From Candidatus Omnitrophota bacterium (GTDB lineage Bacteria > Omnitrophota > Gorgyraeia > Zapsychrales > JANLHA01): a stretch of 64,000 bases of DNA. The notes below the pieces were generated by a model that saw only the letters and a list, made by a program, of their open reading frames with translations, had not been told where the DNA came from and ran no database searches. A program made the position numbers and the translations under genes. Shown in pieces: positions 42,301-49,837 of this stretch. Location: positions 2,441 through 66,440 of the forward strand of contig JBFMEN010000067.1 of NCBI GenBank assembly GCA_040753435.1, read 5' to 3'. Positions within the stretch are counted from its first letter, which is position 1; every line of letters starts with the position of its first letter.

Positions 42301-45300
42301 GAATTATGGACCAAAGGGCTTGATATCCGGGTCAAGATCACCGAGGCCTTGACAGAAGAGACAAAGCGCGCGTATATCATGAAGGCGACGTATGAATTGG
42401 TCGAAACAGTCTTGTCGCTTGGCGTAACATCTTTGGACGGCGAACTGCTCACCCTTGCTTTCGCGGACAAATTAGACAGCCATGAAAAGGCGAAAAATTT
42501 TTACGATAAAGCGGAGGCACGGCATAGAACAGTCATACGAGACAAGGATGATTATCTGGTTGACATTCTGGATCAGATAAAAAATCTGGAATCGCGAAAG
42601 AGTGAAGATATCTTGCCTGCACATTCATTTCGGGCAAGGGCTAAAAAAGGTTTGCTTGAAGAAGGGGTCGCGGGACTGCGTGTTTCTGGATGCTTTAATC
42701 CCAAAGGGATCCATCGTGAAATGCCTATCGTTCATGGCCTGGAAGGAAACGCCTTTTTTATTGAAATATCCAGCGACGATAACACCGATGTTGCCAACGC
42801 TGTCATGATCATCGGTTCAAATGGCGAAGCCTATGTGTACGGCGGATATGTCAATACTTCTTCCCAATACGCCGGTTATGATCTTGACAAGGCCTTCGCG
42901 CAGGTGATTAGAGAAATGCTGCGCAAAAAATATGTGACGAAGGTTATTTTGACCCCGGCCTCCGCCGGATATTCTCATCTGGTAGAGTATGGTGAAATCA
43001 GCAAAGATCCCGTCAAAATATCAAAACCGGCAACGATTTTTACGGATCAATATTTTGATCACGGCGCTGTTGATAAAAACGGTGATCTGGCTTTAACGCT
43101 GAATAACGCGCTTGTGTTAACGCGAGATATGCTGTTTCCGGATTTTGAAGTGACGGCGCCCTCGCGGGCTGCCGCGGGACAGGGAATGGCTGTGACCATC
43201 GAAACCGGTGATACAGACGCTCCGGTTCTGCGTTTCGGCGTAAACGGCTGGAAGAGTCCGGACCACGCCCTATGGCAGAATCTTCCCGGCGCCGTTTTGA
43301 ATAATGACGGAACTGTTGATGTTCCGCTTGCCGCAAGCCCTGATAAAGAAGACATATATGAAATCCATCTGCCGGTTCCTGCTCAAGGTATTTCTGAAAT
43401 CAACTATGTGGTCCGCCGGGCAAACGGAGGCTGGTACCGTCGAGGCGGTCTTGACGCGGGAGATGATTTTGTAACCGCCGTTTCCGGTTCCTCCACAGAT
43501 CAAGCGATATTATCAGAGCAATCCTCCGGAGGGAAAAAACCGAACAAAATTCAAATTGATCCGATTCTCCCCACTCATGGCCGCATGTATGATTTGGTTA
43601 AAGAAAATTTCAACGGCGGCAAGCGAGTTTTTATTTTCAATATGGACGCCCATCATGATAAATACAGCTCCAATGATATCACCGCCAGTTGGGCCAGAAA
43701 ACTGGAGGAAGAAGGCCTGGCCGTGGTCATTCACTTGCCATCAGCCTGGAAAGACGGAGAAACAACGGTAGATGAAACGAATCTTTGGCACAAACGTCAG
43801 GAATACATCCAGGAAATCCTTAAAACATATTCGGACCTTGTCTCCAGTGTCGCAGATGTATGGTTGACGATCGACCTGGACTTTTTTTCATTCCGTGATT
43901 TTCAATTTGAGGAAGACGCCTACCCGCACCTGCGGCAGTTCCCGATTTATCATATGGATGAGTCCCGGATAGATCATGAATTAACCATGGTTATTGATTT
44001 TCTGAGGGACAATAACATACAGCCTGGACGGGTTATTCCGTCTTATCCCCATGCCGATTACCCTTATCTGAATGTGGATTCAAAGGATGAATCCGGGTGG
44101 ATCAAAATGGTGGAGGAAAAAATTACCGCCGCCTTCAGCCGGTTTTCGGAAGAAAACAGCGAAACCCTGCCAGGCAACGAAAAGGGGACAGGTTCCGCCA
44201 CCGGATTAACGAAAGAGATTGATGCGCCTGATTTAGAAGGTGATATTTGGGAAAAACAAGAGTTTGCGCCGACCTCTGGTAAGATTTATTTCAAACATGT
44301 CATAGCTACTTCTTATGATCCTTGGTGGGGATATGATAACGGGGTGCTGAACGAGGAAATGCCTTTTCTAAAGAATGTTGTTAATGATTTACTGATGCAT
44401 TTACGTGAAGAAGGGGTGGATAAATTTAAGGGAAATGTTTTTGTTCAAAATATCGCGACAACAGGGATGAACCGGGTGTTTTTAATCAGATTAGGGCAAA
44501 ACTCATATATTTTGAAACGAGCATGGAAAAAAGAGCCCACGGCTGTTGTCAAAAATGAGCATATCGAGAATCAGTGGAGTATCTTACAAAAAATAAACAG
44601 CGATGGGAGCGATCCCCGTTTCCCAAAACCAATATATCACAATACGATAAACTGTCAGAATGGGGACGGGAGCAGTGACGCTGTTGCATATCTTTTAATG
44701 ACATACATTAGTAATAAAGATTTGCGACAATATGCATTCGAATTTGATTCGATGGAAGCCGGGGTGCCGGACAAGAAACATCTTATTGATCTGGCCGTTA
44801 ACATTTCTGAATTAGTAAAATTTGTTCACGGAAAAGGAGTCATTATCAGGGATATCAAGCCCGGCAATATTTTTATTCAGGATGATGGAATGGCTGGCAT
44901 GGCGGATTTTGATGTTTCTATGGATGTGAATTATTCCTGGGAAAAAGATCCCTATGATTTAAAAAACACTGTCACAGCAACCAGGGCTGATGACTTTGAG
45001 CTGGCGAAAAACAACAAGGAGACAAGACCCAAGCCCGATGAGATGACTGATATTTATGCGTTAGGTACGATTATATTTTTTATGGCGACTGGTGAGCATA
45101 TATTTGAAAGGAAAAAAATATCTGAAATTCCGGATGGCGATTTAAGTGCAGTTATCGCAAAGGCGACGGCTGCGCGAAATGTCCGGTATCAAACGACTGA
45201 TGAATTAATTGATGATTTACGAAGGTTAAAAAACGAAAACCTGTCCGGCGCCGCAAAGGCGACAGGCACGGCCTCCAGCCCGGCGCGCGAGGATCGGGCG

Positions 45301-47721
45301 ATGCTGGGGGGTGTGGCTCAAATGTCCCACGATCTGAAGCAAATTAACACATTCATGAAAGATATCTCGGATGCGCATCATAACGAAGCCCTGCGTTTTT
45401 TAAAAGAGAACGGATTTTCTGTTTTCGACAGGTCTTCAGTTGACGCTCTTGGGGCAAAGACAGAACAGCTGGCAAGCAAGAAGGCGTCGGCATTATATAC
45501 CAATCCATTATCAGGAGAATTTGATTACACGACTTTTAATATCGATGCCCTTGAAAATCCCAGCTTGCTTTCGGCGTATAAGGCTGGTCCTTTACCGGTT
45601 GTTGAAGTCGGGTTGTTTGAATTTATCGGGGACAGACAGCCCGTTAGTAATCTCTGGGTCGATAATGTGATCCCGATTATGGGAGGAGAGATTTATCGAA
45701 AAGATGGCCGGCGGCTCAATGACGAAGAGCTTGCCGAACTTGGGTTAAGAAAGATACTGGATAAAGACGGGAACACTGCCAAAACCAGGGCCTTTGCAAG
45801 CGGCGGCAGGGTCAGCTCGCTGCCCGGTCCCTGGGTAGTTCCTTACATAAATCAGGGAGAGGGAATTATTATTTTAAAGACAGTGGAAGATGTTTCCCGC
45901 GTCGCCGGCAGGCAAATCAGTAAAGATAATTTAACAGAGGCATTGATTGAATTAGCCGAGAGCGGAAAGGTCCGGTTAAAACTGGCCAGTGATTTACAGT
46001 TTAAGGGTTTGGGCGCTTATAATTTAGAAGTGAATCCGGATCTTCCCCAGGAGATTTTTAAAAGTTTACGGGGGAAAAATGTGTACATGCCGGGAGTTGG
46101 TTTCGATATCAGGGGTTTAACTGAGGGTGGTCTTGGAGCCGCCACTGAGAAGATTTCAACCGTTCCGGCCTTTGAAGATCAGCATCGCTTAGGCGGCGCG
46201 ATATTTCAGGCCGATACAGTCGCTGCACATAAAATGTTTGATTCAGCGGGTTTCGCGGAATTGCAGGATCAGGAAGCCTGGTTTAGTGTCAGGCTGGATT
46301 ACAATACTTTGAGGGCATCGGCTTATTCATCTTATGACGATCAGTGGAGCCCGGGCAGCTACCATACAGAAATCGAAAGGCTATTAAGGCCGTTATTGCA
46401 GGATATTTTCAAAAGCAATACCGCGGCGCAAGCCATGGATATGTACTTAAAATTTTCGGCTTATCATTTGGCGAAGAATATGCGGGCATTTTATTCTCAA
46501 CGGATCGCGAGAAGCGGGACATCAAATGTTCCGGATAATTACGGAATATTTTTTGAGGTTATTGACACGGACGGAGGCTCTATCCAGGCAAATGATACAG
46601 GAGACGGAGCAAAGGATTATTTAGCATTCTATCATTCCTGGGTTGCCCGGCCTTTTTCTATGTTGCTCGACGTCTGGAAAGAGGCGGCGGGATCTGCCTT
46701 TGATCACAACTATATGAAGGAAATCTTTCTCCCTGTCTTGCTGGAAGGCGCACCCGGACTTGATGAGGCGTTGCTAAAGAAAGTTAACTCTGTAGAGGGA
46801 AACAATTTTCATAGTCTTCCGTGGAGGGATATTTTGTCGGCACTGGATGAACCCGGCGACCGCCAGTCGTCCGGCCCTGGCCAGAGCGACCAGGCGATGA
46901 TGGGAGCCGGGAAGCCTGACGCTTCGTCAATGGGAATGGATTTGCCGGCCCCGTTTGTCAAAAAGATTGAAATCCAGGATAACGATAAAAAGCGTTATTC
47001 ATTCAATCTCCAGTGGAAGTCAGATCTGGATGTCCCCGGACTGTTTTTAATCGCGGAATTAAATGATAATATTCCTGAAGGCCAGGAAACGCCATTTATG
47101 GAATTTGAGTGGGCTCCCGATGAGAAACAACTGATAATTTCTGATGTCAATATGTCTTATCTAAAGGGGCAAGGTGTTTTTAAGCATTTATTCGATTATT
47201 TCATCAATCTTTTATCACCAGAAGAAATCAAATTTATTTCGATCACGGAACCGCGGCTGGTAAATATCTTAGAAACGTATGTCCTGAACGATCCGGAAAT
47301 TTCAGAGGCAACGAAACGGAATAGAATCTTTGAGCTGGCGATCCCATCGGAATCTATCGAAATGTCTCCATATGGTCATCTATTGAATGAATCCGGATAC
47401 ACCGGTCATTATGTTTCAGTCTATTATTACATGGGTCATTATGCGTTTGATATTGTTAGCAGTAAGAATACAGCCAGGAGCGGTGGAACAGAAAGCGGGA
47501 CTAAAGGCGGGATCGACCTGAATCCGAAATTTACCCCGATCGAAACGCGGGGGGCCGCAACCGATGTTAGTATCGATATCCATTTCAACCCGGCGCAATT
47601 TTCCAATACCTCCTTTGACGGACTGGCACCGGTGATTATTGACATCTCACCCGTAACCAATCTCAACATGCTCCTTGGAATAAAAGACGAACCCTTTGAA
47701 AAAACGATAAATAAAGTATAG
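36319..47721 (+). CDS. Giant secreted modular protein 3 (3800 aa): conserved N-domain, about 8 cargo domains (methyltransferase-like, PKL kinase-like, CheR-like, helical + CBM-like, UPF0489/arginase-like, Ser/Thr kinase, SelO-like, GNAT-like), GGIDL tail
   Basis: Signal peptide ending AQA-Q; six DxA(M/I) linkers; IIRDIKPGN/DFD/TDIYALG kinase motifs; NMDAHHD/TIDLDFFS; PDLIFSRN; GGIDLNP...LAPVIIDISP. Confidence 0.85.
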   Translation: MKFRNSRTYRLFSACLSLILAVTFAVPAQAQSAFIPGAVSNGLNLPAPGTMVGLTPAYSPAMVRGITIYPDHPLQFDFIIDAGDDNLEGEAFRAESTKLVKYFLASLTVPEDEMWVNLSPYEKDRIVPESFGRTEMGRDLLAQDYMLKQLTASLMYPEEELGAAFWDKVFMQAREKYGKTEVPTNVFNKVWIVPDKAAVYVHGNNVFVAESHLKVMMEADYAAMRNDSGSQGPKIPSAQGKDFTWEHGNMGTLEQQVIREVIIPAIEKEVNEGKTFANLRQIYNASILATWYKQNLKASLLGQKYVDKNKVAGVDIADKDARFKIYDQYIEAFRKGVYNFIREDVDQATREIIPRHYFSGGASLEKNVAETGSPVTGYALKEKLSKRPIKHVLWRGENPISGNENFNAGTVNAAEISGIMTKIEKLLTTLEQTRTQSPYYGSDVYQDGLHGKSSMSDLFHGFENNKRFAIELLKLQIYWEELNLLSSAKILTPETRVYSLASGIDFFPSYFSKELLMVDFQLDADGLERGLKRFKEKMHGGPFAEIFSSEKRMAKIRSLAFNLRDPQQLRDWASGLKKGDVIFMKFTEEFLFPGNSERSKKEWLDNFLEILPEGVTLVIFNHHSFSTINERLEEKKDFQKQTEQLFSPENLARFNTINASEALIENKNDKLPLYANLVLSVGGALTVIKKVASSDPLPAPAGRASPSVETGENVALNPESDQAMLATAVAEDSLPVSYALKKASNDIAYLAYPPEFNKQVIYDEDERTLKIKGVPLRPISLSEENQTLNNIYLDESAQIVYRLPPEDRFNKPWIVESFLLGNELGLSPKVYGYGRTANDLEDGFFYIGVEAIQGESFDKKKAITPEETSDFIATLAVLIKNKVILLDMHLEQFMWGHTKNDAQDKAWVSDAEFLEWRPYLTIEGVAESYYREFNDITELKKEDFFAEVLDFLDMVRKTGEVPALDSFAHAKTAEGAQNNEWIPPQSSGQPSADAAMLSSVVPENIPAPSSAQLIRPELIFLDSDFDLNTAKPEDVLEPSDIRYLEQQQFPHALIKQAVRSIFRTSGINYGFGEQNGLAPRADIDQVSLIKQEFSRIIAQKKGGKQEINIVQMGIGSNDSDDPEKNFKETREIFQAMHAVFDEQGLPMEDWTVNFVAVDVNGSYIKNFVENLEIHSFLKAKIKTVQADALDAGAMQALGEMRGPDLIFSRNMAYPNHHAAFRDFDLGVHQWELEGLWSWWSSAVNKAKYILNAYITTRNIIQYLASPESRFIMGTGIYRVIDPQRMEKKGLKYFLENMSSAGRLDAAEMSSAAAHSGPHDTDQAMLATENRHGTFFEDALSFFNLEEIKEIAAHFSPEKDVLPAEQMLRLHHSANSLDQDVAVIALDLLEKVHDSNNRENKRLLQDARQRVFDYIKAGPAGSYSREARIKHVFFKTVSYNGRRNFKKILMQAVDKGMDLDGVLKKLDAIVDKDQEALNYLGPGIALLEPMYVLMTMGPPNRVDTWTGIARRVFVVPGTASSGFGFGGFHHYPGHFDIEKYNAFYEAILDVIPEDRLRAMDAYYFLGIWAETLGPEASRFKGFVDAIGRNNFIRTKKFFGGTHSTHITRTIIDAFSKGGKFDQSKLKDFVGFLALLVGEENLNSFWDHFESYANSPVFKDLIAADSQTMQLVKKDLEGMDIVSKRKRIVMTPEFLKILMETFFTFYDIGSEKPEETAFSHVIENLGFWRQHSDNLSVLLQLAKRRMFFFGGDLSLSKEILRSRVLPYINQLEEISALSTMGHNSHIDFRKFIIDPAVDLRTRMKVAENYTELVTMRELVGEDKGENGFRTDFLTAYDELHAGINELISGGAKKLPDKVKRQQQVLRTNFLQYLLGRRLEPEEDALLEDAGVRKQILTIVSIISTLEHAESFQEGDLARHFVKNAFNVLLKNFRQTQDIDTAKDAVTDYVMGITVQDVKDALIRFHPDDQEEIDKWFADRKSNKEMREHLIGLGVNPELWTKGLDIRVKITEALTEETKRAYIMKATYELVETVLSLGVTSLDGELLTLAFADKLDSHEKAKNFYDKAEARHRTVIRDKDDYLVDILDQIKNLESRKSEDILPAHSFRARAKKGLLEEGVAGLRVSGCFNPKGIHREMPIVHGLEGNAFFIEISSDDNTDVANAVMIIGSNGEAYVYGGYVNTSSQYAGYDLDKAFAQVIREMLRKKYVTKVILTPASAGYSHLVEYGEISKDPVKISKPATIFTDQYFDHGAVDKNGDLALTLNNALVLTRDMLFPDFEVTAPSRAAAGQGMAVTIETGDTDAPVLRFGVNGWKSPDHALWQNLPGAVLNNDGTVDVPLAASPDKEDIYEIHLPVPAQGISEINYVVRRANGGWYRRGGLDAGDDFVTAVSGSSTDQAILSEQSSGGKKPNKIQIDPILPTHGRMYDLVKENFNGGKRVFIFNMDAHHDKYSSNDITASWARKLEEEGLAVVIHLPSAWKDGETTVDETNLWHKRQEYIQEILKTYSDLVSSVADVWLTIDLDFFSFRDFQFEEDAYPHLRQFPIYHMDESRIDHELTMVIDFLRDNNIQPGRVIPSYPHADYPYLNVDSKDESGWIKMVEEKITAAFSRFSEENSETLPGNEKGTGSATGLTKEIDAPDLEGDIWEKQEFAPTSGKIYFKHVIATSYDPWWGYDNGVLNEEMPFLKNVVNDLLMHLREEGVDKFKGNVFVQNIATTGMNRVFLIRLGQNSYILKRAWKKEPTAVVKNEHIENQWSILQKINSDGSDPRFPKPIYHNTINCQNGDGSSDAVAYLLMTYISNKDLRQYAFEFDSMEAGVPDKKHLIDLAVNISELVKFVHGKGVIIRDIKPGNIFIQDDGMAGMADFDVSMDVNYSWEKDPYDLKNTVTATRADDFELAKNNKETRPKPDEMTDIYALGTIIFFMATGEHIFERKKISEIPDGDLSAVIAKATAARNVRYQTTDELIDDLRRLKNENLSGAAKATGTASSPAREDRAMLGGVAQMSHDLKQINTFMKDISDAHHNEALRFLKENGFSVFDRSSVDALGAKTEQLASKKASALYTNPLSGEFDYTTFNIDALENPSLLSAYKAGPLPVVEVGLFEFIGDRQPVSNLWVDNVIPIMGGEIYRKDGRRLNDEELAELGLRKILDKDGNTAKTRAFASGGRVSSLPGPWVVPYINQGEGIIILKTVEDVSRVAGRQISKDNLTEALIELAESGKVRLKLASDLQFKGLGAYNLEVNPDLPQEIFKSLRGKNVYMPGVGFDIRGLTEGGLGAATEKISTVPAFEDQHRLGGAIFQADTVAAHKMFDSAGFAELQDQEAWFSVRLDYNTLRASAYSSYDDQWSPGSYHTEIERLLRPLLQDIFKSNTAAQAMDMYLKFSAYHLAKNMRAFYSQRIARSGTSNVPDNYGIFFEVIDTDGGSIQANDTGDGAKDYLAFYHSWVARPFSMLLDVWKEAAGSAFDHNYMKEIFLPVLLEGAPGLDEALLKKVNSVEGNNFHSLPWRDILSALDEPGDRQSSGPGQSDQAMMGAGKPDASSMGMDLPAPFVKKIEIQDNDKKRYSFNLQWKSDLDVPGLFLIAELNDNIPEGQETPFMEFEWAPDEKQLIISDVNMSYLKGQGVFKHLFDYFINLLSPEEIKFISITEPRLVNILETYVLNDPEISEATKRNRIFELAIPSESIEMSPYGHLLNESGYTGHYVSVYYYMGHYAFDIVSSKNTARSGGTESGTKGGIDLNPKFTPIETRGAATDVSIDIHFNPAQFSNTSFDGLAPVIIDISPVTNLNMLLGIKDEPFEKTINKV
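37004..37081. repeat. 78-bp in-frame palindromic element (copy 2)
   Basis: GTTCCCAA GGTCCCAA GATCCCAA GTGCCCAA GGAAAAGATTTTAC TTGGGAAC ATGGGAAC ATGGGAAC TTTGGAAC. Confidence 0.8.
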
Positions 47722-47789
47722 AATTAACTGCGATTGACAGTGACAAGAGATTCATCAAGTACACCTCATCAGAAGATTGCAATTGAGAT

Positions 47790-48779
47790 ATGAAAAAAGC
47801 CTTTCTTCTAATTCTATTGGAATTCATTTTATTAGGGCCTGCCGTTTATTGTCAGCCGGCCAGCCAAACCCTCCACATTGAACTTGCAGAGCCACTTTCA
47901 AATTTCTTTGCCGAGAGGGATCAAATCCTGCGGTTCCACATCAGTGGGGATATCCCCGATTCAGCGAATTTTTTCTGGTCTTTGGAATACAGGAACGGTG
48001 CAGTGCTTGAGCGAGGGCAAGGCCGTTTTCATGAAAGGCAGGCTTCAACGGACGTAGAGATCTCAGTTCCTGTCCCCAAAGTCAATGAGGGGGTGATCCT
48101 TCCTGTTGATCTTAAATTTGTTATAGAAGGGCCCGGTCATCAAACCCTGGCCGCGTATAATCATCAGTGTTTCATTTTTTCGCCGGATCCTTTTGCCTCA
48201 AACCGTCAAAGTTTAAGCGAACTTAAAATTGCGCTTTATGATCCGCAAAATAAGACCTCGGCCCTGTTTGATGAATTGGGCATTCCTTACGACAGCGTTT
48301 TTAATTTCGAGGCGATAGAGCAACAAGAGACTCGTTTGTTCATAATCGGCGCAGATATAGATTTAGAACATTCACAAGGACTAATGGAAACGATTGAAAA
48401 GCTGCTTTTAAAAAATACCTCTGTTCTTATGCTCGCACCCCTCGGCGGCGATATCCGTATACCAGCCAATACCGCCGGCGGCTTTAATCAAGTCCTTGTG
48501 GCCGGTAACGCTATCATTCATCGCCTTGACAAGCGACTGGATACGTTCTGGCCGCCGTATGGAAATACCGTTGCCTCTGGTGTCGAAATAAATACAATTT
48601 CTCCTGACGTTATCGGAAGGTGGAGCGAAGGTCAAAAGCAGTGGCCCTGGCTTGAAATAGATTTTGCTAATAAAACAAGGTTTGTGGTCTGCGGACTGGA
48701 TGTTGTGGGAAAAAATTCCGACGGGCCTGCTGCTCGATACTTTTTAGCCAGGTTAATCGAATATATGACAGAAAAATAA
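47790..48779 (+). CDS. Secreted hypothetical protein
   Basis: 329-aa ORF with an N-terminal signal peptide; no recognised catalytic motif. Confidence 0.7.
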   Translation: MKKAFLLILLEFILLGPAVYCQPASQTLHIELAEPLSNFFAERDQILRFHISGDIPDSANFFWSLEYRNGAVLERGQGRFHERQASTDVEISVPVPKVNEGVILPVDLKFVIEGPGHQTLAAYNHQCFIFSPDPFASNRQSLSELKIALYDPQNKTSALFDELGIPYDSVFNFEAIEQQETRLFIIGADIDLEHSQGLMETIEKLLLKNTSVLMLAPLGGDIRIPANTAGGFNQVLVAGNAIIHRLDKRLDTFWPPYGNTVASGVEINTISPDVIGRWSEGQKQWPWLEIDFANKTRFVVCGLDVVGKNSDGPAARYFLARLIEYMTEK

Positions 48780-48865
48780 ACAGTGTTTACTCATCAAATT
48801 GACGGAAACATTTCATTGGAATTTAAAAATAACTATAAAAAACGAGGAAACCACGGGAGGAAAAG

Positions 48866-49837
48866 ATGAAGATGAGATCAGTCCGGTTTGTTTTAAGTAA
48901 TTTGCTTATTCTAGGATTTTTAATGGCGCGACCAGGATATACCCAAACCCAGGAGCCCCGGTATTTTCCTACGGCGATTTTCGCTTTTGAAGAAAGAGGT
49001 CAGGATGTCAAAGGCTACGGTGAAAAAGCAGCTGATATCCTTTTTGCCAGGCTTGCGTCACAGCCGGAACTCTTCCTGGTCGAACGGGCGAAATTAGACA
49101 AGATTCTTGCGGAACAAGAGCTGAACCTTTCCGGCGTTATCACATCTACAGAAGCAGTAAAGATCGGGCAACTCATCGGAGCAAAAATCCTGATAACTGG
49201 TTCAGTATTCGTCGTGGAAAAAAAGCTTTATATTGTTGCTAAGATCATCGGAACCGAAACCGGCAGGGTGTTGGGGGAATCGGTGAATGGTCGGCCGGAT
49301 GAGTTTGCCGTCAATCTAGAAGCTCTTGGCAGCAAGCTCAGCGATCAAATTTCCCGGCAGGCCAATACGCTGGTTGCACCTGTCCAGTCGGTTGAGGACC
49401 ATGTCGCTGAGATCAATAAAGCTTTGGGAAACGCGAAACGGCCTGTTGTGTTTGTTCATATCGTTGAAGAGCACATCGGTCCCCAGAGCGTTGACCCTGC
49501 AGCTCAGACGGAAATCGTTAAAATATTACGCGATACCGGCTTTGAGGTTATTGATTCGGATGAAGGGACTCGTAAAGATGCTGACCTCATTCTCCGGGGA
49601 GAAGGATTTAGCGAATTCGGCATGCGCAACGGCAATCTGGTAAGTGTCAAGGCCCGGCTTGAGTTAAAGGCTGTTGATCTTGATACCGACATTGTCATTG
49701 CATCCGACCGTTATGACACAGTAGCTATCGACTTAAGCGAGCAAATCGCAGGCAAAAAAGCCTTGCAGGAAGCTGCGGCAGCGCTGGCCGGGCGTATCGC
49801 GCCCCAATTGATAAAAAAATCAGAGACGGCGCAATGA
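48866..49837 (+). CDS. CsgG/HfaB-family (curli-secretion-like) protein
   Basis: Signal peptide; AIFAFE...LVERAKLDKILAEQEL.LSG.....AVKIGQLIGAKILITGSV...IIGTETG; GGAGG RBS. Confidence 0.8.
   Translation: MKMRSVRFVLSNLLILGFLMARPGYTQTQEPRYFPTAIFAFEERGQDVKGYGEKAADILFARLASQPELFLVERAKLDKILAEQELNLSGVITSTEAVKIGQLIGAKILITGSVFVVEKKLYIVAKIIGTETGRVLGESVNGRPDEFAVNLEALGSKLSDQISRQANTLVAPVQSVEDHVAEINKALGNAKRPVVFVHIVEEHIGPQSVDPAAQTEIVKILRDTGFEVIDSDEGTRKDADLILRGEGFSEFGMRNGNLVSVKARLELKAVDLDTDIVIASDRYDTVAIDLSEQIAGKKALQEAAAALAGRIAPQLIKKSETAQ

Noticed and set aside
36319-47721. Inteins, or an RTX/Rhs/autotransporter identity for the giant proteins
   Set aside because: No C...HN intein ends, GGxGxD nonapeptides, YD repeats, DPxG motif or terminal beta-barrel with aromatic last residue seen
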